The translations under genes were made by a program, and so were the position numbers. The notes under the pieces are model-generated. The model ran no database searches, had not been told where the DNA came from, and saw only the letters and a program-made list of their open reading frames with translations. Source: an uncultured Chthonomonadaceae bacterium (lineage in GTDB: Bacteria; Armatimonadota; Chthonomonadetes; Chthonomonadales; Chthonomonadaceae). Taken from it: a DNA stretch of 64,000 bases. The stretch is from the NCBI GenBank assembly GCA_963835065.1, contig CAWIEK010000053.1:192001-256000 (forward strand). The letters run 5' to 3'. This document shows, piece by piece, positions 31,899 through 43,036 of this stretch (within the stretch, counting starts at the first letter, position 1; every line of letters begins with the position of its first letter).

Positions 31899-31966
31899 CA
31901 CGGAGAACACGGAGGACACGGAGGGAGAAAGAATAAACCACGGGGGACACGGGGAACACGGGGAGA
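31899..31966 (+). repeat. 9-mer tandem repeats (CACGGRGRA); related tract at 30345-30394
   Basis: CACGGAGAA CACGGAGGA CACGGAGGG ... CACGGGGGA CACGGGGAA. Confidence 0.75.
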
Positions 31967-32099
31967 AGATGGGATAGAAGAGGCGGGGTTGGAGGGAGAA
32001 ATTCTGTTGGCTCCGGCTCATTGCGTGTATACTGAAGTCGTTGATAGGTGATAGTGAGGCAGGAACTATCAACTACTTAAAGGCAGGAGGGTTGAGAGG

Positions 32100-32375
32100 A
32101 TGCAATCCGCACTGAAACTGACAGCAACGGTTCTTCCCGGTAAGCGCGTGGAGTTCACCGCGCCTGAATTGACGGAAGGAGAATGTGTCGAAGTAATCGT
32201 TCTTAAAGATGTACCTGTTGAAGACGCGCCTGTTGGCGTTACTCCACAACCGGCTCATCAATTTGCGTCGGCATGGGATTTTATTCAATCGCTGCCCCCT
32301 TCAAATCTAACGGCGGAAGATTGGGAGCGCATGGAGCGCGAGTTTCAGGAGGAGCGTAATTCGTGGGGAGACTGA
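32100..32375 (+). CDS. Putative antitoxin
   Basis: ATVLPG.RVEF..PEL.EG..VEVIV, EERNSW; overlaps PIN gene. Confidence 0.7.
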   Translation: MQSALKLTATVLPGKRVEFTAPELTEGECVEVIVLKDVPVEDAPVGVTPQPAHQFASAWDFIQSLPPSNLTAEDWERMEREFQEERNSWGD

Positions 32376-32803
32376 TCTTACCAGCATCAGGATTCATTTA
32401 CGTTGATGCGCAAATTCCTATCTATAGCGTAGATAGCCACCCCCAATATGGCGCTGTTTGCGCTCCGTTGTGGCAGGTGGTGAGCGCAACGATAGTTTCC
32501 AGTGAGTTGACTCTGATGGAAACGCTTGTTGGGCCGCTGCGGAGTGGAGACACCGTTAAGCAAAACCAGCGTGAAGCCCTCTGGCAACAGATCAACACTC
32601 GCCTTCTGCCGATCACTCAGGATGTTCTGCGGGAAGCGACGCGGCTTCGCGCGGTCATACCTGCGCTGAAAACGCCGGACGCTATCCACGCGGCAACCGC
32701 CCTGCTGAACGGCTGCGTTCTGTTTGTTTCCAATGATACGGGTTTCCGCCGCATTCCCGGCCTGCCGCTTGTGCTGTTGGATGATGTGCTTGCCGCGCCA
32801 TAA
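32363..32803 (+). CDS. PIN-domain VapC toxin
   Basis: YVDAQ, SELTLME, LKTPDAIHAATA, SND. Confidence 0.9.
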   Translation: MGRLILPASGFIYVDAQIPIYSVDSHPQYGAVCAPLWQVVSATIVSSELTLMETLVGPLRSGDTVKQNQREALWQQINTRLLPITQDVLREATRLRAVIPALKTPDAIHAATALLNGCVLFVSNDTGFRRIPGLPLVLLDDVLAAP

Positions 32804-32832
32804 ACACTCTAGGCAAAAGTCAATCCTTTTGC

Positions 32833-34092
32833 CTATGGGATCACGGCTGCGGACACCATTTCAAGGACGCGGCGCAGGCCATCGTCGCCGCCCATGCTGC
32901 CTTCGTTGAAGGGAGTGCGCGGAATGGGCTTCCAGTTGTCGCGGGACGTGTCCACCTGGAAGTTTTGCGGCAGGCCGGTCAGAGTAGGATCGTACTGGCC
33001 GTTGTTGCCGCCTAATTTGTAGATCACCAAATCAAGCGATGGCACGATGAAGATGCCGAAGCCGCCCGCGCCGGATTTGTAGTAAGCGTCGCGGGGCGCG
33101 CCCGCCACATGCCCGTCGGAATTGTTCTCGAACATCAGGCTGAAGGGCGTATGCGGGTTGTAGGGTAAGGGCTGGTTGCACTTGGCGACGTAATCGGCGG
33201 GCACAATCTGCTTGCCGTTCCATTGGCCTTTGTGCAGCAGGCAGTAGCCGAAGCGCAGGGCGTCCGTTGCGTGAACCGCGGTGCTGCCCGCGCCATTCGC
33301 GTGCGGCATGGTGTAATCGCCCCGGTGCAGGCAATAGTCCCACGCGCCCCACCCCATCGGCTTCGCCATTCGCTCGTTGATATAATCCCGCAACTCCATG
33401 CCGGTGACATGCCGCAGCACGATGGAAGCGATATGCGGCGCGGGCGAGGAGTAGGAATAGCCCCCACCCGGCGCTGTCCATAACGGAGTGCGCAGGGACG
33501 ATTGATCCAGATTGCGGATGTCCTGGCCGGGAACGGGCTGCAAAGGCACAACCTGCCCGTTGGTCACGCCCGGACTGCCGCCCTCGCCGTGATACCCCGC
33601 TGACATGCACAGCAGTTGCCCCAATGTAATGTCGGCTTTGCGCGCGTCATCCAGTGGAAACGCTTCGGGAAGATACTGCGGGGTAAACACCTTCTGGTCC
33701 AGGCCGTCCGGTATTTTGTCGTGGAACTCGTGGAGCATGATGCCGCAGGCGATACTCGTGTACGCTTTGCCCGTTGAGGCCATGTCCGGGTTGGCGTTGC
33801 GGTTGGCGCGTCCGTAGTATTTCTCATAAACCAGATAGCCGTGCCGAACCACAAGCAGGCCGCCGTTCTGGCTGCATCGCTGCGTAAAATCGTAGGCTTG
33901 TTCCAGCCGCGCCAAATCCATTCCCGCCAGTTTACGGATTGCCGCCGCATCCTTGAGCGTTCGCCACCCTCCGTTTGCATCCGATGGCGGGAAATAATCG
34001 GCAGGTTTCGCCTGTGCCAGAGAGGGTATAAGCAATAGAAGGAAAAACGCTGCCTGAAGCGCGAACCGGCTTAATTGTTGACCACTGTTCAT
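32833..34092 (-). CDS. Secreted beta-lactamase-fold serine hydrolase
   Basis: Signal peptide, SxxK (STGK), YSYSS, LLHKGQWNGKQIVP. Confidence 0.85.
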   Translation of the reverse strand: MNSGQQLSRFALQAAFFLLLLIPSLAQAKPADYFPPSDANGGWRTLKDAAAIRKLAGMDLARLEQAYDFTQRCSQNGGLLVVRHGYLVYEKYYGRANRNANPDMASTGKAYTSIACGIMLHEFHDKIPDGLDQKVFTPQYLPEAFPLDDARKADITLGQLLCMSAGYHGEGGSPGVTNGQVVPLQPVPGQDIRNLDQSSLRTPLWTAPGGGYSYSSPAPHIASIVLRHVTGMELRDYINERMAKPMGWGAWDYCLHRGDYTMPHANGAGSTAVHATDALRFGYCLLHKGQWNGKQIVPADYVAKCNQPLPYNPHTPFSLMFENNSDGHVAGAPRDAYYKSGAGGFGIFIVPSLDLVIYKLGGNNGQYDPTLTGLPQNFQVDTSRDNWKPIPRTPFNEGSMGGDDGLRRVLEMVSAAVIP

Positions 34093-34121
34093 TGTGTTCC
34101 TGTCCTATTATGATAACGGGT

Positions 34122-35513
34122 TTAATGTTGTCCCTTGAAGATCGTGGCGTAGATCAGATACAGGTTGAGGCCGGCGATGACAACGGCGATGCTCCAGCCA
34201 ATGGTCTTCGTCCACGCGCCGTTGACGAACGGCCCCATCTTGTCTTTGTTACTCGTGAATTGTACCAGAGGAATGACCGCGAACGATAGCTGCGCCGACA
34301 AAACGACCTGACTGAAGATGAGAAGCCGTTCCGTTCCCTGTTCGCCGTATAGGGCAATGGCGATGACAGCAGGCACGATTGCCAGTCCGCGCGAAATCAT
34401 GCGCCGCAGCCAGGGCTTGATGCGCAGATGCGTGAAGCCTTCCAGCACGACCTGCCCGGCCATGGTTCCCGTCAGCGTGGAGTTTTGCCCCGATGCGAGT
34501 AATGCAATCGCAAACAGGGGCGTTGCCAGGGACACGCCCACAATCGGCGTAATCAGCTTATACGCTTTCTGGATGCTGCCTACGTCGTGGTTGCCTGACC
34601 GGTAAAACGTGGCGGCGGCTAAAATCAAGATCGCGGCATTGACGAACAGGGCCAGCATCAGCGCAATCGTTGAGTCTGTATACGCCATTTTCAGCGCGTC
34701 GCGCAATTCGGGCAGAGTTTTGCCGTAACGCCGCGTCTGCACAATGGACGAATGGAGGTAGAGGTTGTGCGGCATCACGGTCGCGCCCAGAATGCCGAGC
34801 GCGATGTACAGCATGGCCGGATTGTGAACCACTTCCGCGCGGGGCGCGAAGCCGGACAGCACCGCCGCCCATTCGGGACGCGCATACGCCAATTCCAGCG
34901 CGAAAATCACAATCATCGTCGCAATCAGCGTAATCACGAGGCTTTCAATCCAGCGAAACCCCTTGTGCTGCAACGCCAGCACCAGCAGCACGTCCAGAGC
35001 CGTGATAATCACGCCCAGGATAAGCGGAATGTGAAACAGCAGGTTGAGCGCAATCGCCGCCCCAATCACTTCCGCAATGTCGCAGGCCACAATTGCGATT
35101 TCCGCCGACAGCCACAGCAGGATAGATACCCGCTTGCTGTAAGCGTCGCGGCATGCCTGCGCCAGATCGCGCCCCGCCACAATCCCAAGTTTCGCCGCCA
35201 ACGCCTGCAAAAAAATGGCGAGAAAATTGGAAATCAAAATTACGGACAGCAGGCGGTAGTTGTACTTCGCGCCGCCTTCAATGTCTGTCGCCCAGTTGCC
35301 GGGATCCATGTAGCCCACCGCCACCAGATACCCCGGCCCGATAAACGCCAGCAGGCGACGCCAAAAGGAAGCGCTCAAGGGCACGGCAATGGAACGATGC
35401 ACTTCGGGCAGGCTGGGCGCTCCGCCCTGTTCGCGCCATCCCGCCGTTTCGGACGTTTCTTCCGTCATGGGTTCGCTATCAATTGCAGCATCCATCACTC
35501 TATTCACTCTCAC
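34122..35513 (-). CDS. mntH: Nramp divalent metal (Mn2+) transporter
   Basis: [27 protein letters not shown]. Confidence 0.95.
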   Translation of the reverse strand: MRVNRVMDAAIDSEPMTEETSETAGWREQGGAPSLPEVHRSIAVPLSASFWRRLLAFIGPGYLVAVGYMDPGNWATDIEGGAKYNYRLLSVILISNFLAIFLQALAAKLGIVAGRDLAQACRDAYSKRVSILLWLSAEIAIVACDIAEVIGAAIALNLLFHIPLILGVIITALDVLLVLALQHKGFRWIESLVITLIATMIVIFALELAYARPEWAAVLSGFAPRAEVVHNPAMLYIALGILGATVMPHNLYLHSSIVQTRRYGKTLPELRDALKMAYTDSTIALMLALFVNAAILILAAATFYRSGNHDVGSIQKAYKLITPIVGVSLATPLFAIALLASGQNSTLTGTMAGQVVLEGFTHLRIKPWLRRMISRGLAIVPAVIAIALYGEQGTERLLIFSQVVLSAQLSFAVIPLVQFTSNKDKMGPFVNGAWTKTIGWSIAVVIAGLNLYLIYATIFKGQH

Positions 35514-36181
35514 TCTCCACTACAACTCTCACTTGTTACAACAAAAATTCGCTCTGCCGCCTGCGGAGCTACTCGCGCGATTGCCCCGCCGACGCGCACA
35601 AGAAACGCGCCGCCAAAAGGTTCCTGCTCGATAAATTCGATGGCCGTACCCGGCAGCAATCCCAACTGCTTCAAATGCCGCAGCAGCGCGGCGTCCTCAT
35701 CGGCCACGCGGCGAATGGTCAGCGCGGCGGGGGTATGCTGCTGCGCGAGCGTGAGCGTGGACACCTGCGCGATCAGGCCGTCCCGCGTCGGTATCGGGTC
35801 GCCATGCGGGCAGGCGGTCGGGCGGCCAAGCAGGGCGTCAATACGCTCTTCAAATTCCTCGCTGATATGGTGTTCCAGCCGCTCGGCTTCTTCATGCACC
35901 GCGTCCCATTCATAGCCCAGCGCCTGCACAAGATACAATTCCAGCAGCCGATGATGCCGAATGATTTCCAGCGCCATTTTTTCGCCGGTGGGCGTCAAAT
36001 GAATTCCATGATAGGGAGCATGGTCTACAAGGCGCAATTCCGTCAGCCGCTTGAGCATCTTGCTGACGGCTGCCGCGCTCACCTGCATCCGCGCCGCCAC
36101 ATCCAGCGTACTCACCTCGGCGGAATCCTGCCCCGCTTTGTAAATCGCCTTGATGTAATCCTCAACAGAAGGAGAAGACAT
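35510..36181 (-). CDS. mntR: DtxR/MntR family metal-dependent regulator with FeoA domain
   Basis: [32 protein letters not shown]. Confidence 0.93.
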   Translation of the reverse strand: MSSPSVEDYIKAIYKAGQDSAEVSTLDVAARMQVSAAAVSKMLKRLTELRLVDHAPYHGIHLTPTGEKMALEIIRHHRLLELYLVQALGYEWDAVHEEAERLEHHISEEFEERIDALLGRPTACPHGDPIPTRDGLIAQVSTLTLAQQHTPAALTIRRVADEDAALLRHLKQLGLLPGTAIEFIEQEPFGGAFLVRVGGAIARVAPQAAERIFVVTSESCSGE

Positions 36182-36213
36182 GCCAGACTCCTGTAGATAA
36201 ACCCCACGCAAAC

Positions 36214-36240
36214 CAAATTTGAAACCCAGGTTAAACTTCT
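36214..36240. promoter_or_regulatory. Possible MntR operator
   Basis: AT-rich imperfect palindrome with AACC-CA-GGTT core upstream of mntR. Confidence 0.3.
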
Positions 36241-36281
36241 TTGCTACTATACCTCAAATTTAGAGAAATTACAAGACGCAA

Positions 36282-36322
36282 CAAGCGGGGGAGGATGCTG
36301 ACATAAGCATCCTCCCCCGCTT
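36282..36322. terminator. Strong hairpin downstream of the pilus cluster
   Basis: AAGCGGGGGAGGATGCT...AGCATCCTCCCCCGCTT. Confidence 0.7.
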
Positions 36323-36361
36323 CCATCCTCTGCTTTACAATTCTTCGTTCAGCCTACGCAA

Positions 36362-37243
36362 CTACGGCTGCGCTTTCGCGGATGGCTCCGCATTGCCTGA
36401 CGGGACGGGCGTGGAGGTCAACTCAACCGTATTTGTCGGCTTGCTGTCTTCGGCGGCAGCCACGCGGCGAACAGGGCCGAAGCCCATGCCCGGAGCCATG
36501 CTGTCGGGCGCGTTAAAGCCTTCGGTTCCCGGCTTGACGGGCATAGCCACGCTCAGGGACTTGCCAACCTGAATAAACCATGTTTGCTTGCCCCGCTTGA
36601 CGTAAACGCCGTCTTCGGTAATGCGCGTCAGCGACATATTGAAGGGCATTTGTTCGCCCGCGCTGAGAGGATAGGAGCGCTCGCCCACATGAATTACGGC
36701 AACCGCCTGCGGCCCGGCAATCACGCCCGCCAGAATCATCTGGTTGGCCTGCGCGTTCGGATCATTTTGCGGCGTCAGGCCGGCCGGAACAGAACCGCCC
36801 GCGCCCAGGCGGGGATTTCCCGCCCGGAATGTCGGCAGTACGCTCGGCCCGACAGCTACGCTTGTGAAGGGGCGCGGGGTAGAAGTGACCTTACGCGGCG
36901 GCGCGGTGGGGTGAAATATCGGGTTAGGGCCATCTTCTTCGGGCACTGCCGGCGTGAAGGGGTTTTTGGTCGTTATCGGCTCACTGACGCTGTCGTCGTA
37001 CATATCCAGTTTGCTGCCGCCCATGCCCTTCATCGGCATATTTCCCGGCACAAAGCCAGCGCCAAGCGTTCCCTGTGTCGCCGGCGTGATGGCAGCCCCA
37101 GGAGCGTTTGTGGCGGCTGCCGCCTCCGGTTTATTGCCGTTCAGCAACCGGGGCAGCGTTCGCCCGACGCCGAACAGCAGCACAACGCCGGTGGCAACCC
37201 CTAATCCGATAACCGTCGGGCGTTCTTCAGGTTTGATTTTCAT
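36362..37243 (-). CDS. PilP/GspC-like pilus assembly protein
   Basis: N-terminal TM, NPF motif, LAGVIAG..AVAVI beta domain; operon context. Confidence 0.6.
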   Translation of the reverse strand: MKIKPEERPTVIGLGVATGVVLLFGVGRTLPRLLNGNKPEAAAATNAPGAAITPATQGTLGAGFVPGNMPMKGMGGSKLDMYDDSVSEPITTKNPFTPAVPEEDGPNPIFHPTAPPRKVTSTPRPFTSVAVGPSVLPTFRAGNPRLGAGGSVPAGLTPQNDPNAQANQMILAGVIAGPQAVAVIHVGERSYPLSAGEQMPFNMSLTRITEDGVYVKRGKQTWFIQVGKSLSVAMPVKPGTEGFNAPDSMAPGMGFGPVRRVAAAEDSKPTNTVELTSTPVPSGNAEPSAKAQP

Positions 37244-39294
37244 GGTTTTTTGCCCTTGTTGATAAAGATGTCTTCAGGCAGGTGAGAGCCGCGCGGATTG
37301 GGAACGGTAACGCGGGTTTCCTCAACGGTTTTTGCGGCGGAATTGGCTCTTTCGGCTTCGGTCATGGTATTGGTCAGGTGCGGCGTGATAAAGACCATGA
37401 CTTCGCTGCGGACGCGGTTGTGCTGGCGATAACGGAACAGTTCGCCCACAAGCGGCAGTTTCGACAAAATGGGAACTTCCGAAACCGTGCGCGTCAAATC
37501 GTCGCGGATCAGCCCGCCGATAATAATAGTTTCGCCATCCTGCACCATGACGGTTGTTTCCGCTTCGCGGTTGCTGGTCTGCGGAATGTTGCCCGCCGAC
37601 AGCGAGGTAATGGTACTCACGACGGGATGGACGCGCATGGTGATGTGGCCGTCCGCATTGACGCGGGGGCGCACCAGCAGAATAATGCCGACCGGAAATT
37701 CCAGCACCTGAATCGTGGTTCCCGAAATCCCCGACTGCGAAATCTGAGTGCGGACCGTATCGCCGATGAAAATACTGGCGTCGTCATTGTCCGTCACTTG
37801 AACGCGCGGGTCGGCCAGCATTTTGCTGTTGGTGCGCGTTGTCAGCGCGCTGATCTGCGCGCCGAAGCCCGGTCCAAGCCGGCTGAATGTCGCGCTGTTG
37901 AAACTGGCGCTGTTGGTGGTCTGCACTCCGCCGGTTGTCGGATCAATCGTTGAACCGGACGGATAGTTGCCGACGGCAATAGGAGCATACTGATACTGTA
38001 CGCCCAGCGCCTGTATAAATTGGGGGGACACGTCCACGACTTTGACTTCCACCATGACCTGACGGGGCGCTACGTCCACTTGTTCCAGCAGGGTCAATAC
38101 CTGCGTGATGTCGCCCAATGTGCCGTTCAGCACCAGCGTTTTGGCGCGGTCGTTTACCGCGCCACGTCCGTTGGAACTGGAAGCGTTGCCGGTGACAACT
38201 CCCCCGCCGTTCGCGTTGCCGACAGCGGCTTCCGCGATGTTACTGCCGCCATTCACATCGCCAATCCCGCCGCCCGTCGTGCTGCCTCCCGTCGTTGATG
38301 AAGTGCCGGAGCCGCCCACGCTGCTGGAAGCGGTTCCCAGCGCGCCGCCCGTGATCGGGTTGAAACTGGGGCGCGGCGGCGAGTAGCTTTCCGGGCCGGT
38401 CAGTACGGTGACGTTGGGCGCGGCGCTTTGCAGGAAAGATCGCAGTACGCGCGAACTGCTGTACTTGATATTGTAAATGCGGAACACGCGATCCGGTTCT
38501 TTGGCAATCGCGCTGTTGTCTATGGTCGCCAGGGATTGCCGGGCGCGCTCGATCATCGAACGCGGGCCGGCCAGTCCAATCGAGCCGCCGGGCTTGGTCG
38601 GGTCGCCAATCGCCTGTATTTTCAGTTCGGGGTACAGGCTTTTCAGCACATTGACGGCCTGCGTGGAATTGACGTTTTGCACCGCGATCACTTCGGTCAT
38701 AGCCGGGTCGGGAGTGCGCAAGCCATCCTGTTCGCGCAGCAGCGCCTGCGCCTGCTGCAAATCCGCAGCCGCTCCAATCAGCAGCAGTTGCGAACCGGCG
38801 GGCCGCGCGGTAACATACGGGAAAGCCTCTTCCACCACTTTAATCGCGTCCGCGGAATTCAGCGACATCAGGGGAACCCGCGCCTGCTCACCCAACGGCT
38901 CAATAGCCTGCCGCAGCGCGGCCGCCGGGGCCACCACATACGAGTTGCCGACCTGCCGAAACGCCAACCCTGACGCAGCCGTGATGTAACGCAGCGCTTC
39001 TTCGGTCGTGGACGCATTGACGTTGATGGAGATAAGTTTTTTGCCCGCTCCCGCATAAACGATGTTGTCTCGCGTGCGGACTCCCAGCGCTTGCAGCACT
39101 TCGGAGACATCGGTGTCAACAAAGCGAATGCGAATGTCGCCCCGGCGTGGATTGTTGATTTGCAGGCTGCTCTTAAGCCCCGATGTTTGGCTGTTGACGA
39201 ACGCCGGCATTTGCGCGGAAACGCCGACGGCCAGTGGCAGAAGCAGGTGGCGCGCTCTCAGGGACGCTCTAGGTTTACAGGTTCGGGTGTGCAT
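37240..39294 (-). CDS. Secretin (PilQ/GspD family)
   Basis: QVMVEVKVVDV, ADPRV, VQDGETIIIGGLI, VPILSKLPLVGELF, VFITP. Confidence 0.92.
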   Translation of the reverse strand: MHTRTCKPRASLRARHLLLPLAVGVSAQMPAFVNSQTSGLKSSLQINNPRRGDIRIRFVDTDVSEVLQALGVRTRDNIVYAGAGKKLISINVNASTTEEALRYITAASGLAFRQVGNSYVVAPAAALRQAIEPLGEQARVPLMSLNSADAIKVVEEAFPYVTARPAGSQLLLIGAAADLQQAQALLREQDGLRTPDPAMTEVIAVQNVNSTQAVNVLKSLYPELKIQAIGDPTKPGGSIGLAGPRSMIERARQSLATIDNSAIAKEPDRVFRIYNIKYSSSRVLRSFLQSAAPNVTVLTGPESYSPPRPSFNPITGGALGTASSSVGGSGTSSTTGGSTTGGGIGDVNGGSNIAEAAVGNANGGGVVTGNASSSNGRGAVNDRAKTLVLNGTLGDITQVLTLLEQVDVAPRQVMVEVKVVDVSPQFIQALGVQYQYAPIAVGNYPSGSTIDPTTGGVQTTNSASFNSATFSRLGPGFGAQISALTTRTNSKMLADPRVQVTDNDDASIFIGDTVRTQISQSGISGTTIQVLEFPVGIILLVRPRVNADGHITMRVHPVVSTITSLSAGNIPQTSNREAETTVMVQDGETIIIGGLIRDDLTRTVSEVPILSKLPLVGELFRYRQHNRVRSEVMVFITPHLTNTMTEAERANSAAKTVEETRVTVPNPRGSHLPEDIFINKGKKP

Positions 39295-39434
39295 GTCAAT
39301 CAGAATTCCCCTTTACGCGCCGAACTTCACGCGAATCATGGATTGGATAAATAACTTGAAGGCCGCAAGGCTGTTTCCAGGCGGCGGGACGCTGAAAGTT
39401 CGTAAGTTCCTGTCCCTCTCTCAACTATCAACTA

Positions 39435-40049
39435 TCAACTGTTACCGGCAGGCGCGGCATCCCCCGTCGGCTTGGTGGGAGGAGGGATAGGAACGGCCAC
39501 ATAGCGCAGCAGGGTAAATCCCAGATGCGTGAGCGGCCATTTCTCGTTGGTCGTTCCCCGGTTCCATTTCAAATCTACGGTGTTGTACAGGCGGGGCGCA
39601 TGCAGCAATTGATACATGAATTGCCGGATGGAATTGTAATCTCCCGCCACTTCCACCTCGCTGTTGAGCGCCATGACGCCCGGCGGCAGCGTGGGTTTTT
39701 TCGCTTCGGCGCTGTCCGGGGGAGGCGGCGGAATATAGCGATTGTTGTACCGCACCAGCCGCACTCGGCTTTTCTCGGCAAAACCGCGTATCATGTTCAG
39801 GAATTGCGATTGTTCATCGTAAGTGGGAGGAACAACCGCCACTTTACTCAGGGTTGGTTTGGCTTTTATTTCCAGAGAAAGGCGGTTCAGAACCGCCAGT
39901 TGCTGCTCAGTTTTCTCCTTCTGCTCCTTGAGTGAATTCAGTTTATTCCACTGGAGGAAGACCAGAAAGATGGCCGCCATGACGCCGATGATGGGCAGCA
40001 GGACCGTTGCCAGCTTGAGCCAGGAAAAAGTGGAAGGGGATTTGTTCAT
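39435..40049 (-). CDS. PilO-like protein
   Basis: TM, coiled coil, VAGDYNSIRQFM..L...PRL. Confidence 0.8.
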   Translation of the reverse strand: MNKSPSTFSWLKLATVLLPIIGVMAAIFLVFLQWNKLNSLKEQKEKTEQQLAVLNRLSLEIKAKPTLSKVAVVPPTYDEQSQFLNMIRGFAEKSRVRLVRYNNRYIPPPPPDSAEAKKPTLPPGVMALNSEVEVAGDYNSIRQFMYQLLHAPRLYNTVDLKWNRGTTNEKWPLTHLGFTLLRYVAVPIPPPTKPTGDAAPAGNS

Positions 40050-41734
40050 GGTGTGCCTCCGGTAGTTGTCGCGGGCGGGGGCTGACCGTACAATTGGCTG
40101 ACGATTTTGAACTCGATGTGCGCGGGAGTTTCCGGCCGGGCCTGTTTGCGCTCCTGCGATTGCAGGGTGGGAAGAAGAAACCAGTTGACGCCGCGCAGCC
40201 CATCCAGCGTTTGCACAATGGCCTCGTCATCGGCGGCATTGCCCGTTATGGTCAGGATGCCGCCGCTATTCAAGGCTACCTCGGTCAAGCCCGTATGCGG
40301 CGAAATCACGCTGGAGACAGCATCCATCAGGCGCGGAAAGGGATAGCCCTTTTTTTGCAGCGCAATCAGTGAAGTCTGCTGTCGCTGCCAATCGTCCAGG
40401 ATAAGCTGCTGCTGACGCTGCTTTGTGTCGTACTCAGCCTGCACCGTGTCCAGTTCGCGCTTTACCGCATTCGCGCGCAGGGACACCATACCGGAAACGA
40501 TCACTCCCAACAGCACGATGGCCGCCGCAGCCGCAAGCGACATGGTCAGCGCGCGCTTCGCGGCGTCCGCAAGCGCGCTTTTGCGATGCTCATTAGTCAA
40601 ATTGAAGCGCGGCACACCGGCAGGCGGTTCCGGCAGCGCGCCGAGCGCCAGGCCAACAACCGGCATCAAGGCCAATTCGGGCTGATCCACATCCCGCGCG
40701 CTGCCCATAGAGGGGGCTTGCAGCACGTTCACGCCGTTCAATCCGCGCGCCATTGCCGGTCTTGCCAGCGTCACGGGGCGTCCCAACTCCTCCTGCAGCC
40801 ACGTCAGCATGGCCTCCACAGCCGGCACATCGGAAACCACCACGATTGCGCCTTCGCCACTGCCCGGATTTTCGCGCCGGTAATACTCAATGGAGCGCCG
40901 CATTTCCAGGGCGAGCGTCCGCGCCGCGCTCATATTCATAGAAACGTTCGGCAGGCCGGAATTCATTCCCGGCATACTCAAATTGGGGTCTTCTTCCTCG
41001 CCCAAAATGGAAGCGCGGGCGCGCGGCGGGTTCGCGGAATTTTGCGCCGAACCGGGGAACAATGAGGGAAAGAGGCTTTCACTGCCCACCTCAATGCGGC
41101 GGTACAGGCGAATGGCCCCGGCTTCAATAAAAGCCACTTCCGACCGCAGATGATCCACGCTCAGGCAAAGCGCGCCTGCCTGCTCACTCGCCACCATCCA
41201 CCCGACCCGGTACATTGCCAGCAGCGTCGGCTCCAGCGAAACCATGTTCAAGCCGGCCAGTTCCGCCACGCGCTGATAAATGGCGACCACGCTTTTTTCC
41301 GCCGCCATCAGCAGCATCGGCAACTCGCCGCCGGGCTGCGCTTCGCCCGGCGCTGTCGTACTCAGGCGCGTGAAATCGAACGCGCTTTCGCCATGCCGCA
41401 TGATCTTGTAGTGTTCGAGTTCGCCTTCCAGCACCGTTTGCAGTTCGCTATCCGGCACGAACGGCACATTCATCACCTGCGTGACAACACTGCCGGAAGC
41501 CAGCCCGAACACCACGTCCCGCGACACTACCTTTGAACTTTCCACAAGCCGGCGCAGCGCAATCGCAACGGCTTCCGGCTCGGCGATTTTATCGCCGGCA
41601 AACGCGCCTTCCGGCATGGCGGCAATGCCCGCGTGAAGAACTTGCGCATTGGAAGCGCGCCCCTGAATTTCTACGATGCGTATCTGATGCGGCGCAAACT
41701 CCACGCCCAGCACAAGGTCTTTTCTGGTTCGCAT
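40046..41734 (-). CDS. pilM: PilM-PilN fusion protein
   Basis: Actin-like N-terminus (LGVEF, RRSIEYY), then FNL, TM and LTITGNA PilN domain. Confidence 0.82.
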   Translation of the reverse strand: MRTRKDLVLGVEFAPHQIRIVEIQGRASNAQVLHAGIAAMPEGAFAGDKIAEPEAVAIALRRLVESSKVVSRDVVFGLASGSVVTQVMNVPFVPDSELQTVLEGELEHYKIMRHGESAFDFTRLSTTAPGEAQPGGELPMLLMAAEKSVVAIYQRVAELAGLNMVSLEPTLLAMYRVGWMVASEQAGALCLSVDHLRSEVAFIEAGAIRLYRRIEVGSESLFPSLFPGSAQNSANPPRARASILGEEEDPNLSMPGMNSGLPNVSMNMSAARTLALEMRRSIEYYRRENPGSGEGAIVVVSDVPAVEAMLTWLQEELGRPVTLARPAMARGLNGVNVLQAPSMGSARDVDQPELALMPVVGLALGALPEPPAGVPRFNLTNEHRKSALADAAKRALTMSLAAAAAIVLLGVIVSGMVSLRANAVKRELDTVQAEYDTKQRQQQLILDDWQRQQTSLIALQKKGYPFPRLMDAVSSVISPHTGLTEVALNSGGILTITGNAADDEAIVQTLDGLRGVNWFLLPTLQSQERKQARPETPAHIEFKIVSQLYGQPPPATTTGGTP

Positions 41735-41831
41735 TGCTGTTTGTTCTCACGAAGCCGTTATTGATAGTTGATAGTTGGCCGTTGCTAGGAAGACAGGAAC
41801 TACAAACTATCAACTATCAACTATCAACTAT

Positions 41832-42563
41832 TCAGGAAGTGGGCGGCGGCGGACTGTTGCGCAGGCGGACAAAACTTTGCAGGGTGCGCGTTTCTCCGTT
41901 CAAGCTGACCGTCGCCACAATGTTGACGGCTCCCACCAGCGGCAGTTCCGAAGCGGAGGGCGCATGGGGATCGGCTGTCGTCACCCACCCCGAAACGTCG
42001 GCATTATACGCGCCGCCCGCCGGGACATAGTAGGTGATTTGCAGCGACTGCATATCCGTCACCAAAGGTTCCGAGGAGCTGCCCCCGCTGCCGCCAGCGC
42101 CGGTGCCACTGCCCCCACCCGATGAAGCCGTGCCCGCGCTTGGCCCCGAGCCGCCGCTCGCTCCTGAACCGCTCCTTGATCGTCGCAGCACTTGCGCACT
42201 CGTATCCAGCCAGATGCGCGTGGTATCGCCTGAATCGTCGGTATAGCAGGTCACGTCGGAACCACTGGCGGCAACAAGCGCGGCGGCGCTGCTTCCCGAA
42301 CCGTTGGACTGGGCATTGCGCAGCGTATCCCCCAGAACGTCCAGGGGACGGCGGCTGGAAGTGTTGGCGTAGTTCTGGCCCTGAATGGTGAGTTGGGCGA
42401 TATAGCTGCTTTGCTGCAAAGATACCAGAACCGCTCCGGTCAACAGCGCAATCACGCAGCCGACCAGCAGATCAATCAGCATGCTGCCATGCGTTGCGGC
42501 GGCCAGTCCGGACAAGCGCATTGGCACAGCGGTACGCAAACGCACAGAATTAAAATGCGTCAT
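41832..42563 (-). CDS. Minor pilin (PilW-like)
   Basis: GSMLIDLLV prepilin-like start; SFVRLRN end. Confidence 0.7.
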   Translation of the reverse strand: MTHFNSVRLRTAVPMRLSGLAAATHGSMLIDLLVGCVIALLTGAVLVSLQQSSYIAQLTIQGQNYANTSSRRPLDVLGDTLRNAQSNGSGSSAAALVAASGSDVTCYTDDSGDTTRIWLDTSAQVLRRSRSGSGASGGSGPSAGTASSGGGSGTGAGGSGGSSSEPLVTDMQSLQITYYVPAGGAYNADVSGWVTTADPHAPSASELPLVGAVNIVATVSLNGETRTLQSFVRLRNSPPPPTS

Positions 42564-43036
42564 TATATCCCCCGTTTCACCAATTCAGCGCCCGTTGTAT
42601 ACAGCGTTTCCCCCGTATCAAGCAGGGTTACGGTGATTTTCACCGTGCGATACGAACTGTAAGAGGGATACCCGCCCTGGCTGCTCACGCTGGTGACAAC
42701 GCGCATCCGCGAATTCGCCCCCTGCGTCGCGCTTTCACTGCCGCCAAGATGGTCGTAGTACAGCGTGGTAGTGCCTTCCGCCGCGAAATCAAACCCCGAC
42801 AGTTTGACGCGCTCCATAGCGTGACGCCCGACCGTGTACGCGGCTCCTACATTGTCCGCCTTTGTGGTTATTCCGAAAGAGAAGTACCACAGGCTGATCA
42901 TCGCCATCACGCTCAGAGCCAGGATCAGCGAGGCTACCAGCGCTTCCACGAGGACAAAGCCGGGCATCATGCCCTTTCGCGCAGGACGCAGGCGGCGGCA
43001 AGCGATTTTGCGAGTTTGTTTCACGCTTTGCATCAT
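42563..43036 (-). CDS. Minor pilin (PilV-like)
   Basis: GFVLVEALVA. Confidence 0.8.
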   Translation of the reverse strand: MMQSVKQTRKIACRRLRPARKGMMPGFVLVEALVASLILALSVMAMISLWYFSFGITTKADNVGAAYTVGRHAMERVKLSGFDFAAEGTTTLYYDHLGGSESATQGANSRMRVVTSVSSQGGYPSYSSYRTVKITVTLLDTGETLYTTGAELVKRGI